NCBI GenBank assembly: GCA_015064685.1
Contig: SVRT01000001.1
Location: forward strand, 158,560 to 222,559
Origin: Oscillospiraceae bacterium
Lineage (GTDB): Bacteria > Bacillota > Clostridia > Oscillospirales > CAG-272
Reading direction: 5' to 3'
DNA length: 64,000 nt
Under the pieces are notes generated by a model. That model was not told the DNA's origin and searched no databases. It saw only the letters and a list, made by a program, of their open reading frames with translations. A program made the position numbers and the translations under genes. Shown in pieces: positions 38,355-48,763 of the stretch (the first letter of the stretch is position 1; each line of letters starts with the position of its first letter).

Positions 38355-39839
38355 TTATCCGTTTACGTATTTCTTGACTGCGTCGAGCATATCGCAAGCC
38401 TTTACCGTCTCTGTAAAACGTATGGTGCGGGATGCTATATCCTTGAGAGGATAGGGGATCTCTGTGCCTGTTGCGTTGACGAGCATATCGAGTGCATCAA
38501 GATCGTCCTCGGGCTTTTCAAGACCGAGAGAAGCGCACACGTCAGCTGCAAACTTGTAGGGGCTTGCGGTGGACGCTACGATCATAGGAGTGTTATCGCC
38601 AGTCTCGGCGATATACTTTTCAGCCGCGCAGAGTGCGACTGAGGTATGAGTGTCGGGGAGATAGCTATATTCGTTAAAGTACTTTTTAATAATCGCGGCG
38701 GTCTCGCTCTCGTCGGCGAAATATCCGCAGAAGCTCTCGTCGATCTTTGCCTTTACGTCGGCAGAGACCTCGTAAACACCCTTGGACGCGAGGTCAGCCA
38801 TATACTCGGCAGTCTTCTCCTTGCCTGCGGTGAGCGTCAGGAGACGCTCAAGGTTTGAGGAGATAAGAATATCCATAGATGGGGACATCGTGCAATGGAA
38901 ATCGCGGTTGCGGTCGTACTTGCCCGTAGAGAGGAAGTCTGTGAGTATGTTATTCTGATTGGACGCGCATACGAGCCTGCCGAGGGGAAGCCCCATAAGC
39001 TTTGCAAGGTAAGCCGCGAAGATATTTCCGAAGTTTCCGGTGGGAACGCAGACGTTGATCTTGTCACCCATTTTGATCTCGCCGCTGTTGAGCATATCGC
39101 AATATGCAGAGACGTAGTAGACGATCTGAGGGGCGAGTCTGCCCCAGTTTATCGAGTTTGCACTCGAGAAGAAGTAACCATTTTCATTGAGATAGGCTAC
39201 GGCTTCACTGTCCGAGAAAATTTTCTTAACGCCCGTCTGTGCGTCGTCAAAATTACCGTAGATCGCGGTTACGTTGACGTTTGAGCCGGTCTGTGTAGCC
39301 ATCTGCATCTTTTGTACGCGGCTGACACCGTCAACAGGGTAGAATACCATTATTTTAATGCCGTCAACGTCCTTGTATCCCTCAAGCGCGGCTTTACCCG
39401 TGTCACCCGAGGTCGCCACGAGAATGAGCGCGGTGCGCTCCTCACCCGTTTTGACGAGCGCGCGGGAGAGAAGTCGGGGCATTATCTGGAGCGCCATATC
39501 CTTGAATGCAGCTGTCGGACCGTGCCAAAGCTCAAGTGAGAAGATGCCGTCCTTTGCCTTGACAACGGGTGCGGCACCGCCCGGGAATGATGCGTCGCAA
39601 TATGCCTCGCGGCAGTCTATCAGTAGCTCCTCGTATGTGTAGTCTGTAAGATATTTTGAAAGAATGGTTGCCGCTCTTTCGGGATATGAGAGCGAGCGAA
39701 GCGATTCTATTTCGTCGTATGTAAGGGTGGGGATCTCATCGGGGATGAAGAGTCCGCCGTCAAGTGCGAGACCTTGCTTGATGATCTGTGCGGATTCGAG
39801 CGATTCGCCGCTCTTGCCACGTGTGCTTTGGTAATTCAT
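38355..39839 (-). CDS. thrC: Threonine synthase
   Basis: 'YQSTRG', 'ELWHGPTAAFKDMAL', 'ATSGDTG', 'SANSINWGR', 'VPTGNFGN'. Confidence 0.97.
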   Translation of the reverse strand: MNYQSTRGKSGESLESAQIIKQGLALDGGLFIPDEIPTLTYDEIESLRSLSYPERAATILSKYLTDYTYEELLIDCREAYCDASFPGGAAPVVKAKDGIFSLELWHGPTAAFKDMALQIMPRLLSRALVKTGEERTALILVATSGDTGKAALEGYKDVDGIKIMVFYPVDGVSRVQKMQMATQTGSNVNVTAIYGNFDDAQTGVKKIFSDSEAVAYLNENGYFFSSANSINWGRLAPQIVYYVSAYCDMLNSGEIKMGDKINVCVPTGNFGNIFAAYLAKLMGLPLGRLVCASNQNNILTDFLSTGKYDRNRDFHCTMSPSMDILISSNLERLLTLTAGKEKTAEYMADLASKGVYEVSADVKAKIDESFCGYFADESETAAIIKKYFNEYSYLPDTHTSVALCAAEKYIAETGDNTPMIVASTASPYKFAADVCASLGLEKPEDDLDALDMLVNATGTEIPYPLKDIASRTIRFTETVKACDMLDAVKKYVNG

Positions 39840-39860
39840 AGCGTGTTCCTCTGTTTTATA

Positions 39861-40808
39861 TCAAAAATTTCTTTTTATGAATTCGTAATAGTTTTTGTAA
39901 AATATCTTTTCCACCGTCTCCTCGGAATATCCGTGAGAAAGGCAGGCGTCAGCGATCTTATAAAGGTCACAAACACCGGAAAAACCGTCGGGAAGATCTG
40001 TGCCGTCAAGGTCGCAGCCAAGTCCGAGCACGTTTTCGGCTCCGAGCGACATATACGAGTCGATATGTGCAAACACGTCCTCTGAGGTACATTTCTGTCC
40101 GTCACTCATATCGCGCAGGTGGATAGGGCAGAGAGATATACCAACGATGCCGCCAAGCTTGATTATTGCGTCAAGGTGCTTTTTGCGGAGATTACGCGTG
40201 TGGGGGAGCAGCTCGTACGAGTTTGAATGCGAAGCGATAACCGGCTTGTTTGCCTCAAATGCCATCTCTGCAACCTCGTCGGTTACCTGCTCATTTGAGT
40301 GAGAGACGTCGGGCAAAATGCCGTATTCGAAGCATTTTTTTGCTACCTCGCGGCCGAAATCGGTAAGACCGCCCTCTGCGTCGTGCGACGAGCCTATGCA
40401 GGTCTCACCGCCCCACATCAGGGTGAGATATTTGACGCCTCTGTCTCGTAAGACGTCGAGCCTTTCTATCTTGCCGCCGAGGATCCTTGCATCCTCTACC
40501 GCGAGGAATGCCGCGCGTTTATTTGCGCTCCAAGCGGCTTTCATTTCGCTAAAGCTCTTTACAAATGCTACTTTATCGCTGTTTTTTTCGATCTCGGAGT
40601 ATAAATTATCACTTATCGCGAGAAAATCCGAGTAGCATTCCTCGTCACTTTTGCGCTTGCTTGCCCAAACGGCGAAGAACTGAGTATATTTCTCAAGGTC
40701 TTTTGCGCCCTCCAGGCTGATATGACAGTTGTTGTTATTAATTGACTGCTTTCTGTGATAAAGCTCAAAGGCGGTATCGCAGTGTGTGTCTATAAGGGAC
40801 AGTTTCAT
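39861..40808 (-). CDS. Membrane dipeptidase family (peptidase M19)
   Basis: 'DTHCDT', 'DVSH', 'ASHSN', 'RNL', 'GCDLDG'. Confidence 0.88.
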   Translation of the reverse strand: MKLSLIDTHCDTAFELYHRKQSINNNNCHISLEGAKDLEKYTQFFAVWASKRKSDEECYSDFLAISDNLYSEIEKNSDKVAFVKSFSEMKAAWSANKRAAFLAVEDARILGGKIERLDVLRDRGVKYLTLMWGGETCIGSSHDAEGGLTDFGREVAKKCFEYGILPDVSHSNEQVTDEVAEMAFEANKPVIASHSNSYELLPHTRNLRKKHLDAIIKLGGIVGISLCPIHLRDMSDGQKCTSEDVFAHIDSYMSLGAENVLGLGCDLDGTDLPDGFSGVCDLYKIADACLSHGYSEETVEKIFYKNYYEFIKRNF

Positions 40809-40812
40809 AATA

Positions 40813-41232
40813 TCAGTGCAGCTTTCTGCCTCTTGCGTCAAAGGCGTTTCTTATGTGGTTGATCTTTATAGGCTTTGGAGTCAGCATCTGATCCTTTTGC
40901 TCGAGCAGGTAGACCTCGATCACGTCGATTCTCGGTTGCTTTTCGGTGTAATGCGAATAAAGATAATCGCGCGAAGCCTTTACGGTGTTCTTTCTCTTAC
41001 TTATATCAACGGCTCGGGAGGGAATACCGAACTCTCCCGATTCGGGATAGAGACAGGTCCTCGTTTTGACCTCGACAAAGACAAAGAAATCCTTATCCTC
41101 GGCAATTATATCGATCTCATTTTTCCCAAGATGCTTATTTCTCTCGACGATGGTGTAGCCCTCTTTTATGAGAAAATCTGCCGCAAGCTCCTCTCCAAGC
41201 CTTCCAATTATCTGTTTATCGGTTGCAGGCAT
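40813..41232 (-). CDS. YraN family (UPF0102) putative endonuclease
   Basis: 'GRLGEELA', 'EIDIIA', 'VFVEVKTR', 'RIDVIEV'. Confidence 0.92.
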   Translation of the reverse strand: MPATDKQIIGRLGEELAADFLIKEGYTIVERNKHLGKNEIDIIAEDKDFFVFVEVKTRTCLYPESGEFGIPSRAVDISKRKNTVKASRDYLYSHYTEKQPRIDVIEVYLLEQKDQMLTPKPIKINHIRNAFDARGRKLH

Positions 41233-41233
41233 G

Positions 41234-41833
41234 TCAGTTGTCTAAAAATCTGATGAATTTTTTTCTATGTATCGGGGAGGGGCCGTATTTGCGGAGCGCT
41301 TCCATGTGATCCTTCGTGCCGTAGCCCTTGTGCTTGGCAATACCGTACTCAGGGTACTCACGGTCAAGGTCGATGCAGATGCGGTCTCGCGCGACCTTTG
41401 CAAGCACGCTCGCCGCGGCGATATTCATGCTTGTTGCGTCGCCCTTGACGACCGCCTTTGCCGGGATCTGAAAGTCGCGGTCGACGTTTCCGTCGATCAG
41501 AGCAAAATCAGCCTTTACACCAAGCCCGTCGATAGCACGACGCATAGCGAGAAGGTCGGCTTCGAGAATGTTGAACTCGTCGATCTCCTCGACGCTTGCG
41601 GAGGCTATACAGTATGCAACAGCTTCCTCTTTTATGATGTCAAAGAGCTTTTCTCTTTTTTTCTCGGTGAGCTTTTTCGAGTCGTTAAGCCCCTCGATTA
41701 CAAGTCCGTCGGGAAGGATGCACGCGGCGGCAAATACGGGACCGCAAAGCGGACCGCGTCCCGCCTCGTCAACTCCGCAGACGAGAGTGTAGCCCTCCTC
41801 GTGCAGAGCACTTTCTATTGAATAATCAGGCAT
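41234..41833 (-). CDS. rnhB: Ribonuclease HII
   Basis: 'GVDEAGRGPL', 'NDSKKL', 'AAASVLAKVARD', 'HKGYGT'. Confidence 0.97.
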   Translation of the reverse strand: MPDYSIESALHEEGYTLVCGVDEAGRGPLCGPVFAAACILPDGLVIEGLNDSKKLTEKKREKLFDIIKEEAVAYCIASASVEEIDEFNILEADLLAMRRAIDGLGVKADFALIDGNVDRDFQIPAKAVVKGDATSMNIAAASVLAKVARDRICIDLDREYPEYGIAKHKGYGTKDHMEALRKYGPSPIHRKKFIRFLDN

Positions 41834-41848
41834 ATTTTTACCTCTTTG

Positions 41849-42718
41849 TTATTTTTGAATTCTGTCAAGCGTGATTCGACCGAGCTTAGCGGCGCGAAGC
41901 TCGTCAAGGAGCATATCCGCGGCTCTCTCTGTGTTTATCTCGCCGCCCGAGATGAGAAATCCGCGCTTTTTGCCGATGAGGCAGAGAAGCTCGTAGTCCT
42001 CGATATCGGCAAGAGAAGCAGGATCGCCGAGCTTGTAGCGTGTGGCAAGCATTTCGGGATAGAGGTGCTTCATTCTATTACAGTAGACCATTGCGAGCGA
42101 TTCGATATCCATAATATCGTCCTTTATCGCGCCGGTAAGTGCGAGATTCTCTCCAACGGTCTTGTCCTCAAATTTGGGCCAGAGGATACCCGGCATATCG
42201 AGAAGGTCAACGCCTATCCCCGTAGATACCCACTGCTTGTCGCGAGTGACACCGGGGCGGTTTTCGACCTTTGCCTTTTTCGATCCCGAAAGCTTATTGA
42301 TAAGCGTAGATTTGCCGACGTTCGGGATACCCAGCACCATAGCAAAGAGTCTTCTTCCCGTCATACCCTTGCTTTCGTATCTTTCGATCTTTTCCTTGAG
42401 GAGCATCTTGATGGCGGGGAGAATTTTATTGAGTCCCTCACCCGTAAGGCAATCAACGAGTATGCAAGCCGAGGAATCCGAGCTGTAATGCTCGACAAAG
42501 AGCTTGTTCTGCTCGGGATCGGCAAGAGATGCCTTATTGAGAATGATGAGGGATGGCTTGTTTTCTATTAATTTCGTTATCTCGGGGTTGCGGGAGGACA
42601 GGGGAATACGCGCATCGAGGATCTCTATTACGATGTCAACGTTCTTGAGATTCTCGGAGATCATTCTCCGCGTCTTCGCCATATGCCCCGGGAACCACTG
42701 TATGTTTTCGGATGGCAT
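41849..42718 (-). CDS. rbgA: Ribosome biogenesis GTPase RbgA/YlqF
   Basis: 'IQWFPGHMAK', 'DARIPLSSRNP', 'GIPNVGKSTLIN', 'DMPGILWPK'. Confidence 0.96.
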   Translation of the reverse strand: MPSENIQWFPGHMAKTRRMISENLKNVDIVIEILDARIPLSSRNPEITKLIENKPSLIILNKASLADPEQNKLFVEHYSSDSSACILVDCLTGEGLNKILPAIKMLLKEKIERYESKGMTGRRLFAMVLGIPNVGKSTLINKLSGSKKAKVENRPGVTRDKQWVSTGIGVDLLDMPGILWPKFEDKTVGENLALTGAIKDDIMDIESLAMVYCNRMKHLYPEMLATRYKLGDPASLADIEDYELLCLIGKKRGFLISGGEINTERAADMLLDELRAAKLGRITLDRIQK

Positions 42719-42742
42719 TTTAAGGGATCCTTTCTGTAATGT

Positions 42743-43501
42743 TTAGTCTAAAACCGTGAACGGGGAGAGTCGTACGACCGCCTTGCCAAGTATCGTATCG
42801 ACGTCGACAAAGCCTATTCTTTTGCTTCTTGAGTCTGACGAACCGTTTCTGTTGTCTCCGAGAACAAATACATGTCCCTCGGGAACTGTTGCGGCAAAAT
42901 AAGTGTTTCCGTGTACCGTGGAAATGAATCTGTCGTCAAAGTCCTCGCGGTTTACGTATTTTCCGTTTGAAATATATGCGTGCTCATCCTCATAAAGCTT
43001 TCCGTCGACCTTTATCGTGCCTTTGGTAAAATTGATCTCGACGGTCTGTCCCTCGGTCGCTATCACACGCTTGACGATAGGCTCTTTATAATAGTCGTTC
43101 GAAAGGTGGAAAACGATAATGTCGCCTTGCTTTGGCGTATAGAAGAAGTTTGTTGCGATGAGCGTTTCGTTGTGGTTGAGAGTCTGGTTCATCGAGTCTC
43201 CGTTGACTCTGCAGAGTCTTACACAAAACGTAAATATAAAGAGTACCGCTATGATAGCAATTGCGAATATTTCAACGTAATCGTAAAATGCGGACAGCAC
43301 CTTGAGCCGTCTCGGGATCTTGACGGTGTCTGCCTGTTCATCTGATTCCGAATCAGTTGCTTCTTCAGTTGTTTCTTCTGCATCCGATGATACGTCAGAT
43401 ACACTCAAGCTCTCATTTTCTGTTTCGGGAGATACTGCTTCAGCCTCATCTGATATCTGAGCGCCTTCAGCCGTATTCTTGAGATCCTGGTCTTTATCCA
43501 T
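42743..43501 (-). CDS. lepB: Signal peptidase I
   Basis: TM helix, 'GDSM', 'IVKRVIA', 'VLGDNRNGSSDSR'. Confidence 0.93.
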   Translation of the reverse strand: MDKDQDLKNTAEGAQISDEAEAVSPETENESLSVSDVSSDAEETTEEATDSESDEQADTVKIPRRLKVLSAFYDYVEIFAIAIIAVLFIFTFCVRLCRVNGDSMNQTLNHNETLIATNFFYTPKQGDIIVFHLSNDYYKEPIVKRVIATEGQTVEINFTKGTIKVDGKLYEDEHAYISNGKYVNREDFDDRFISTVHGNTYFAATVPEGHVFVLGDNRNGSSDSRSKRIGFVDVDTILGKAVVRLSPFTVLD

Positions 43502-43534
43502 ATAACCTCCGTGTCGGAACAGCTCCGACTAGCT

Positions 43535-44743
43535 TTATTTTTCTATAAGGAGCTTCATAAGCTCGTGTCCGTGTGGGATATAAAGTCCCGTAGACGCCGC
43601 GCTCTCCTCCGTAAAGGTATTGACTCCGGCCTTATCCTCTTTAGATGAATAGATCATAAAGGGAACGGGGTCTATCGTGTGCGTACGCAGACGTATAGGA
43701 GTTGGGTGGTCGGGAAGGATCATAATTTTAAAGTCCTCACCGGTGCCTTTAAGGTATTCAAATACGGGTTTCAGGATCTTCTCGTCGATAAGCTCGACGG
43801 AAAGCACCTTGTTTTCAAGCTCCGCTCTGTGACCGCACTCGTCGGGAGCTTCAACGTGTATGTAAACGTAATTAGCGCCATCCTTGAAGGCATCGATCGC
43901 GGCATTTGCCTTGCCTGTATAGTTTGTATGCACGTTTCCGGTAGCACCGTCAACGTCGATTGACCTCATACCCGCGCAAAGACCTATTCCTTTGATAAGG
44001 TCAACCGCGGAAATTACGGCGGCATCAAGTCCCCATTTATCCTTAAAGGAGGGGAGAGCGGGCTTTTTACCGGGACTCCAGAGCCAGATCGAGTTTGCGG
44101 GACGGAGTCCGCGTGCGCGTCTTGCCTCGTTGATAGGATGCTTATCAAGCACGTCCCAGCTTGCCCTCATAAGATCGTAGAAGACCTTGCCGTCCTCACC
44201 GTGGGGGAGATGATCCTTTATGCACTGACCGAGAATGTCGTGAGGACGCATAAAATTGTAGGTATCGCATCCGTTTTTCCAAAGGATGCAGTGGCGGTAG
44301 CTGACACCTGTATAAAAGCGACGGAATTCGTTGCCGAGAGCGGCATCGAGCGCCTTCACAAGCTCGTCCGCTTCGGCGGTCGTTATCTCGTCCGCGCTGT
44401 GGTCGAGCATGATCTTCTCGTCGTATTCACCCTCCTCGGAGAGAGTGACGATATTGCAACGGTACGCGACCTCGTCATCCTGCATCTCAAGTCCCATGCT
44501 GACCGCCTCAAGAGGTGAGCGACCCTTTGAGTATACCTTCGGATCGAATGACAGAATTGCCATATTTGCCGTGTCGCTTTCGGGTACCATCCCAAAAGGT
44601 ACGTTTGAGACCGTACCGACTAAGGAGTGGGGGGCAAGGGAATCGATCGTGTTTTTATTTGCTGCCTCCATAGGTGTTTTATTGCCGAGAGCGGATATTT
44701 TTTCGTCTGCCATTCCGTCCGGAATAAGAACAAGATATTTCAT
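43535..44743 (-). CDS. apgM: ApgM-type cofactor-independent phosphoglycerate mutase family (proposed homoserine kinase subfamily)
   Basis: 'DGMAD', 'PESDTAN', 'GRSPLEA', 'HVEAPDECGH', 'PDHPTP...TH'. Confidence 0.88.
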   Translation of the reverse strand: MKYLVLIPDGMADEKISALGNKTPMEAANKNTIDSLAPHSLVGTVSNVPFGMVPESDTANMAILSFDPKVYSKGRSPLEAVSMGLEMQDDEVAYRCNIVTLSEEGEYDEKIMLDHSADEITTAEADELVKALDAALGNEFRRFYTGVSYRHCILWKNGCDTYNFMRPHDILGQCIKDHLPHGEDGKVFYDLMRASWDVLDKHPINEARRARGLRPANSIWLWSPGKKPALPSFKDKWGLDAAVISAVDLIKGIGLCAGMRSIDVDGATGNVHTNYTGKANAAIDAFKDGANYVYIHVEAPDECGHRAELENKVLSVELIDEKILKPVFEYLKGTGEDFKIMILPDHPTPIRLRTHTIDPVPFMIYSSKEDKAGVNTFTEESAASTGLYIPHGHELMKLLIEK

Positions 44744-45000
44744 AGCACATAGACCTCGCGAAAATAATTCTACATTATAAATTATACCACATAATAAAAA
44801 AATAAACAACACTTTTTCGATTATTTTGTATTTATTTCAAAACATTTTCACAACTTTATAAAAATGAGAGGATAATCAGAAAAATATTAAACAATTTGAC
44901 GATATTTTATTGCGCTCAGGCGTTTGCCGTGGTATAATAGAGTAAGGATGAATGCTTGTGAAAGAATGATTTCATCAAAAAGCGGGAAACGGAGAAAAAC

Positions 45001-45654
45001 ATGGACGAAAATAAGAAAGAAGCAAAAAAGAGGATGGATCCCAAAAAGAAGGTAAAGATAATAATAGCGTCAATGATAGGCGCGCTCATTCTTTGCATCC
45101 TTCTTGCCTGGTTGATCGACGTAATAACTAATAAAAAGGGAGAGTACATAGCCCCCCCACCCGTCGATCCATTGAAATTGCACGAAACCAAGGACGAGGA
45201 TTTTGATATAATGGAGTACGAGGAATATCTGAACCTCAACAGAAATGTATACCGAAACGACAGAGACACGGGTGTCAGCGAGAGTATCGATGAGGATAAT
45301 TGCACCCTCTACGGCCAGCCGTTTGAGGTAATGTACCGTGTCATCAGGGCGATAAACGAGGGCGATCACCTCGTATACAATTATTATGTGGGAGAAAGCT
45401 CTCTCAAAAAGCAGCCCTTTACCCAGCAGCAGATATACGATATAGTTATCGTGCCGTACAGCTACGAAAGAGTTACCGAGGAGAGTTTTTCTTACGATCA
45501 GTACATATTCAAAGTAACGTACAAGATCCACGAGAATAACGGAACCTTCAGAAACAATATCGTCAGTGACGTTTCGCGACCCGAGTACTATTACATAAAC
45601 AACAAAACCGGTGAATTCAAGGTTATGAAGGTAATAGAGCAGGGATATAAATAA
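45001..45654 (+). CDS. Hypothetical membrane-anchored protein
   Basis: Basic N-terminus + single TM; RBS GGAG; host-like codon usage. Confidence 0.65.
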   Translation: MDENKKEAKKRMDPKKKVKIIIASMIGALILCILLAWLIDVITNKKGEYIAPPPVDPLKLHETKDEDFDIMEYEEYLNLNRNVYRNDRDTGVSESIDEDNCTLYGQPFEVMYRVIRAINEGDHLVYNYYVGESSLKKQPFTQQQIYDIVIVPYSYERVTEESFSYDQYIFKVTYKIHENNGTFRNNIVSDVSRPEYYYINNKTGEFKVMKVIEQGYK

Positions 45655-45753
45655 TAAACGACCATCCTTGAAAAGTGTCACAAAATAGCATTTTTGTGCA
45701 ATATATACTAAAAACACTGTGAAAGATTGTATACATTTTTCGTGCGAACACTA

Positions 45754-45782
45754 TTGACAGTCACGTGACCGCGTGATATAAT
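45754..45782 (+). promoter_or_regulatory. Consensus sigma-A promoter of nfeD-SPFH operon with palindromic spacer
   Basis: TTGACA-GTCACGTGACCGCGTGA-TATAAT; TCACG-N6-CGTGA inverted repeat in spacer. Confidence 0.85.
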
Positions 45783-45863
45783 TATATCAAGGTGAAACGC
45801 GGATGGGATTGTCGGATATCAGGCTATTGCGTAGCGTTACACGTGAGAAAGGAGTTTTTCATT

Positions 45864-46310
45864 ATGGAAGCGTATTTACCAACTATTATTTGGGCGGTCG
45901 TGTTCGTTGCATCTATATGGATAGAGGCAGAGACCGCTGAGATGATCTCGATCTGGTTTATGCCGGGAGCGGTCGTCGCACTTGTGCTGTCACTTTTCGA
46001 TATAGCGGTATGGATACAGTGCGTTGTATTTATGGCTATGTCGGTGGTTCTTCTCGTTGTCGCGAGAGTACTGCTGAAAAAGTACATCGTAAAAAAAGTT
46101 GGGCGGGAAAAGACCGACACCGATCTGCTTATCGGACGGCAGGTCAAGGTCGAAGAGGATATTGACAATGCCTCTGAGAAGGGCGCGGTCAGAGTCAACG
46201 GACAGATCTGGAGCGCAAGAATGACGAATGACGGCGACTCTGCATCAGCAGGAGAATTCGTTATCGTAGACAGCATATCGGGAGTTAAGCTGATATGCAG
46301 ACGAATCTGA
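45864..46310 (+). CDS. NfeD family protein (short YbbJ type)
   Basis: Three hydrophobic helices then OB fold 'LIGRQVKV...GAVRVNGQIWSAR...GVKLIC'; precedes SPFH gene. Confidence 0.92.
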   Translation: MEAYLPTIIWAVVFVASIWIEAETAEMISIWFMPGAVVALVLSLFDIAVWIQCVVFMAMSVVLLVVARVLLKKYIVKKVGREKTDTDLLIGRQVKVEEDIDNASEKGAVRVNGQIWSARMTNDGDSASAGEFVIVDSISGVKLICRRI

Positions 46311-46357
46311 TTTGGGTTATCAAACAATTTTAATATAAACAGAAAGGAATTATTTTT

Positions 46358-47296
46358 ATGACACCCGGAGTAATTGCACTTATCGTTGTAGGCGTTATCG
46401 CGCTTATCACAGTTATCGCGAACATTCACATAGTACCTCAGGCAAAGGCATACGTTATCGAGCGCCTTGGCGGTTATCACGCAACTTGGGGAACAGGTCT
46501 TCACTTCAAGATCCCCTTTATCGATAGGATCGCGAAGAAGATCAACAAGATGGAGCAGGTTGCAGACTTTCCCCCTCAGCCCGTTATCACGAAGGATAAC
46601 GTAAGAATGCAGATCGATACTGTCGTGTTCTATCAGATCACAGACCCTAAGCTCTATTCCTACGGTCACGCTACGCCTATGACCGCGATCGAGAATCTCA
46701 CGTCCACAACTCTCCGTAACATCATCGGTGAGATGGAGCTTGACAGCACTCTTACCTCGCGTGATATTATTAACTCGAAAATGCGCTCGATACTCGACGA
46801 AGCTACCGACCCTTGGGGAATCAAGGTAAGCCGTGTTGAGCTTAAGAACATCATTCCTCCCAAGGAGATACAGGATGCGATGGAGAAGCAGATGAAGGCT
46901 GAACGTGAAAGACGTGAGGCTATCCTTCGCGCTGAGGGTGAAAAGAACTCCGCGATCCTCGTTGCAGAGGGACGTAAGCAGTCTCAGATCCTTGACGCAG
47001 AGGCAGAAAAGCAGTCTCAGATCCTCAGAGCCGAGGCAGAGAAGCAGTCTCAGGTCCTCAGAGCAGAGGGTGAAGCAGAGGCTATACTCGCAGTACAGAG
47101 GGCAACCGCAGAGGGTATCAGAATGATCAACGAGGCTAACCCCGGTGAGGGTATGATCGCTATCAAGAGCCTTGAGACCTTTGAAAAGGTTGCTGATGGC
47201 AAGGCTACAAAGATCATTATCCCCTCCGAAATACAGAACGTTGCGGGACTCGTAGCGTCTATCAAGGGCGTTGCAGAGGACGACAAAAAGGCATAA
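46358..47296 (+). CDS. SPFH/stomatin-like protein (QmcA type)
   Basis: 'VIERLG', 'QPVITKDNV', 'TTLRNIIG', 'TDPWGIKVSRVE', 'MEKQMKAERERR', 11-aa coiled-coil repeats. Confidence 0.95.
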   Translation: MTPGVIALIVVGVIALITVIANIHIVPQAKAYVIERLGGYHATWGTGLHFKIPFIDRIAKKINKMEQVADFPPQPVITKDNVRMQIDTVVFYQITDPKLYSYGHATPMTAIENLTSTTLRNIIGEMELDSTLTSRDIINSKMRSILDEATDPWGIKVSRVELKNIIPPKEIQDAMEKQMKAERERREAILRAEGEKNSAILVAEGRKQSQILDAEAEKQSQILRAEAEKQSQVLRAEGEAEAILAVQRATAEGIRMINEANPGEGMIAIKSLETFEKVADGKATKIIIPSEIQNVAGLVASIKGVAEDDKKA

Positions 47297-47299
47297 TCA

Positions 47300-47521
47300 A
47301 TGAAAAGCACGGATATAAAGCTTGACTTCTGCCCGTTTTGTAACGGAAGTGAGTTTATTGAAGGCAAGCAATCGGGACATGCGTGCATCTCAGGATGCGA
47401 AAACGTCTGGAGCTCGATGGATCTCTACCACGTGATCTGCCGCGATTGCGGAAGTGTGGTCAGAAGCTACGTCAAGGATCCCGAGAAGCTGCTTAAGCGA
47501 CAAGACAGAAAAAGGGATTAA
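47300..47521 (+). CDS. Small zinc-ribbon protein
   Basis: 73 aa, 'CPFC...ICRDCGSVVRSYV'; starts 3 nt after SPFH stop. Confidence 0.7.
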   Translation: MKSTDIKLDFCPFCNGSEFIEGKQSGHACISGCENVWSSMDLYHVICRDCGSVVRSYVKDPEKLLKRQDRKRD

Positions 47522-47583
47522 GCCCCCTTTAAATTTGATGAGTGGGGGAGAGAAATCTCCCCCTTTGACTTTGGAAAGGGAAA

Positions 47584-48117
47584 ATGAAGAAATTTTTGTT
47601 GGTTTTTTATTTTGCCGTGTGTTTTTTGACGGCAATTAGTGCGGCTTTTTTCAGTCAGCACATCCATATATCGATGACCTCCCTTGGAATAGTAGCCGCG
47701 ATAGTCCTTTCTATCGTGTGTGCTTGGCTTATGCGCACGGGAAGATTGACGCGCGCGGGTCGTCTAAGGATCTTGTACGATTACGATTTCAAATACTCCA
47801 AAAGCGACGGAGATGGAAGTTTTGATGTTGACAAGAAGGATCCTCCTGTTACAGAAGCTCATATTGCGTTTTCAAGCTTTCTCTTTATAATATCCGCCGT
47901 GCTTATTCCGTTTGCAGTGTTCTTCTCAAATGAGGTGAAGCTTTGGGCGATAGGCGCCTATGGTACGCTTATACTCATTGAGACCTTTGTCGAGATCCTC
48001 GTCATTTCACTAAGAAGAACAAAAGCACTCACCGACATGCAAAAGCACGAAAAAGAAGAAGCCGAGCGGCTTCGCCGCGAGCAGGAGCAGCGCGAGCAAA
48101 TGGGGAAGTGGAAATAA
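47584..48117 (+). CDS. Hypothetical membrane protein (about 4 TM)
   Basis: Hydrophobic segments, charged C-terminal helix 'EQEQREQMGKWK'. Confidence 0.65.
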   Translation: MKKFLLVFYFAVCFLTAISAAFFSQHIHISMTSLGIVAAIVLSIVCAWLMRTGRLTRAGRLRILYDYDFKYSKSDGDGSFDVDKKDPPVTEAHIAFSSFLFIISAVLIPFAVFFSNEVKLWAIGAYGTLILIETFVEILVISLRRTKALTDMQKHEKEEAERLRREQEQREQMGKWK

Positions 48118-48138
48118 TTGATTGAGGAGGCATGCGCA

Positions 48139-48744
48139 ATGACAGAAAGAGCATTGAAAATACCGGGCTATGCTGCCCTATACGGAATAGCGGTTTTTAT
48201 TTCAAATTATTTTTGCTCGATGGCTTGTTTGAGCTTTAAATCAATTGCGTTTATTCCGATTGCCGAAAAGATTCCGTATGCCCTCCTGATAACTCTTGTT
48301 TTATCGGCTGACATTATCTTTAAGCTGGTTCTTCCGCTTGCATGTGTTTATTTTGTCATGCGATATACAGTTCCCAGACTCTATGCGCTTATGGATGGAC
48401 AGGGACAGGTGAAAAGCTTTATTCTTCATGTGCTTCCAATGGAGATCGTGAGATATATTGTTTGTTTGCTTTCTCTTGGACATTTGAAGCAGACAGGTTA
48501 TTTCGCGTTGTTGCCGACGTCTATTTTTGAAAATACCTACATAAGATGGAGCGGCAGACACAATGAAATCAGGAATTATCTTGACTATATCCCCGAGGAT
48601 TTTCTAGCGTATACTATATGTTACATTGTTTATGCTGCGGTATATTTGACTTTTGTCATACTAATATACAGAAAGTTTTGGAAGGTCGGACGGGAGGAGA
48701 GCGAGGAGCTTATTGTCTATGACAAAAAGCAACGCTTATATTGA
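48139..48744 (+). CDS. Hypothetical membrane protein
   Basis: RBS GAGGAGG before ATG 48139; about 4 hydrophobic segments. Confidence 0.6.
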   Translation: MTERALKIPGYAALYGIAVFISNYFCSMACLSFKSIAFIPIAEKIPYALLITLVLSADIIFKLVLPLACVYFVMRYTVPRLYALMDGQGQVKSFILHVLPMEIVRYIVCLLSLGHLKQTGYFALLPTSIFENTYIRWSGRHNEIRNYLDYIPEDFLAYTICYIVYAAVYLTFVILIYRKFWKVGREESEELIVYDKKQRLY

Positions 48745-48763
48745 CTGAATTGGAGGTAATGAC

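Noticed and set aside
46920-47080. 33-bp tandem repeats resembling a short array
   Set aside because: Encode the 11-aa coiled-coil repeats normal for QmcA-type SPFH proteins; no spacers, not CRISPR
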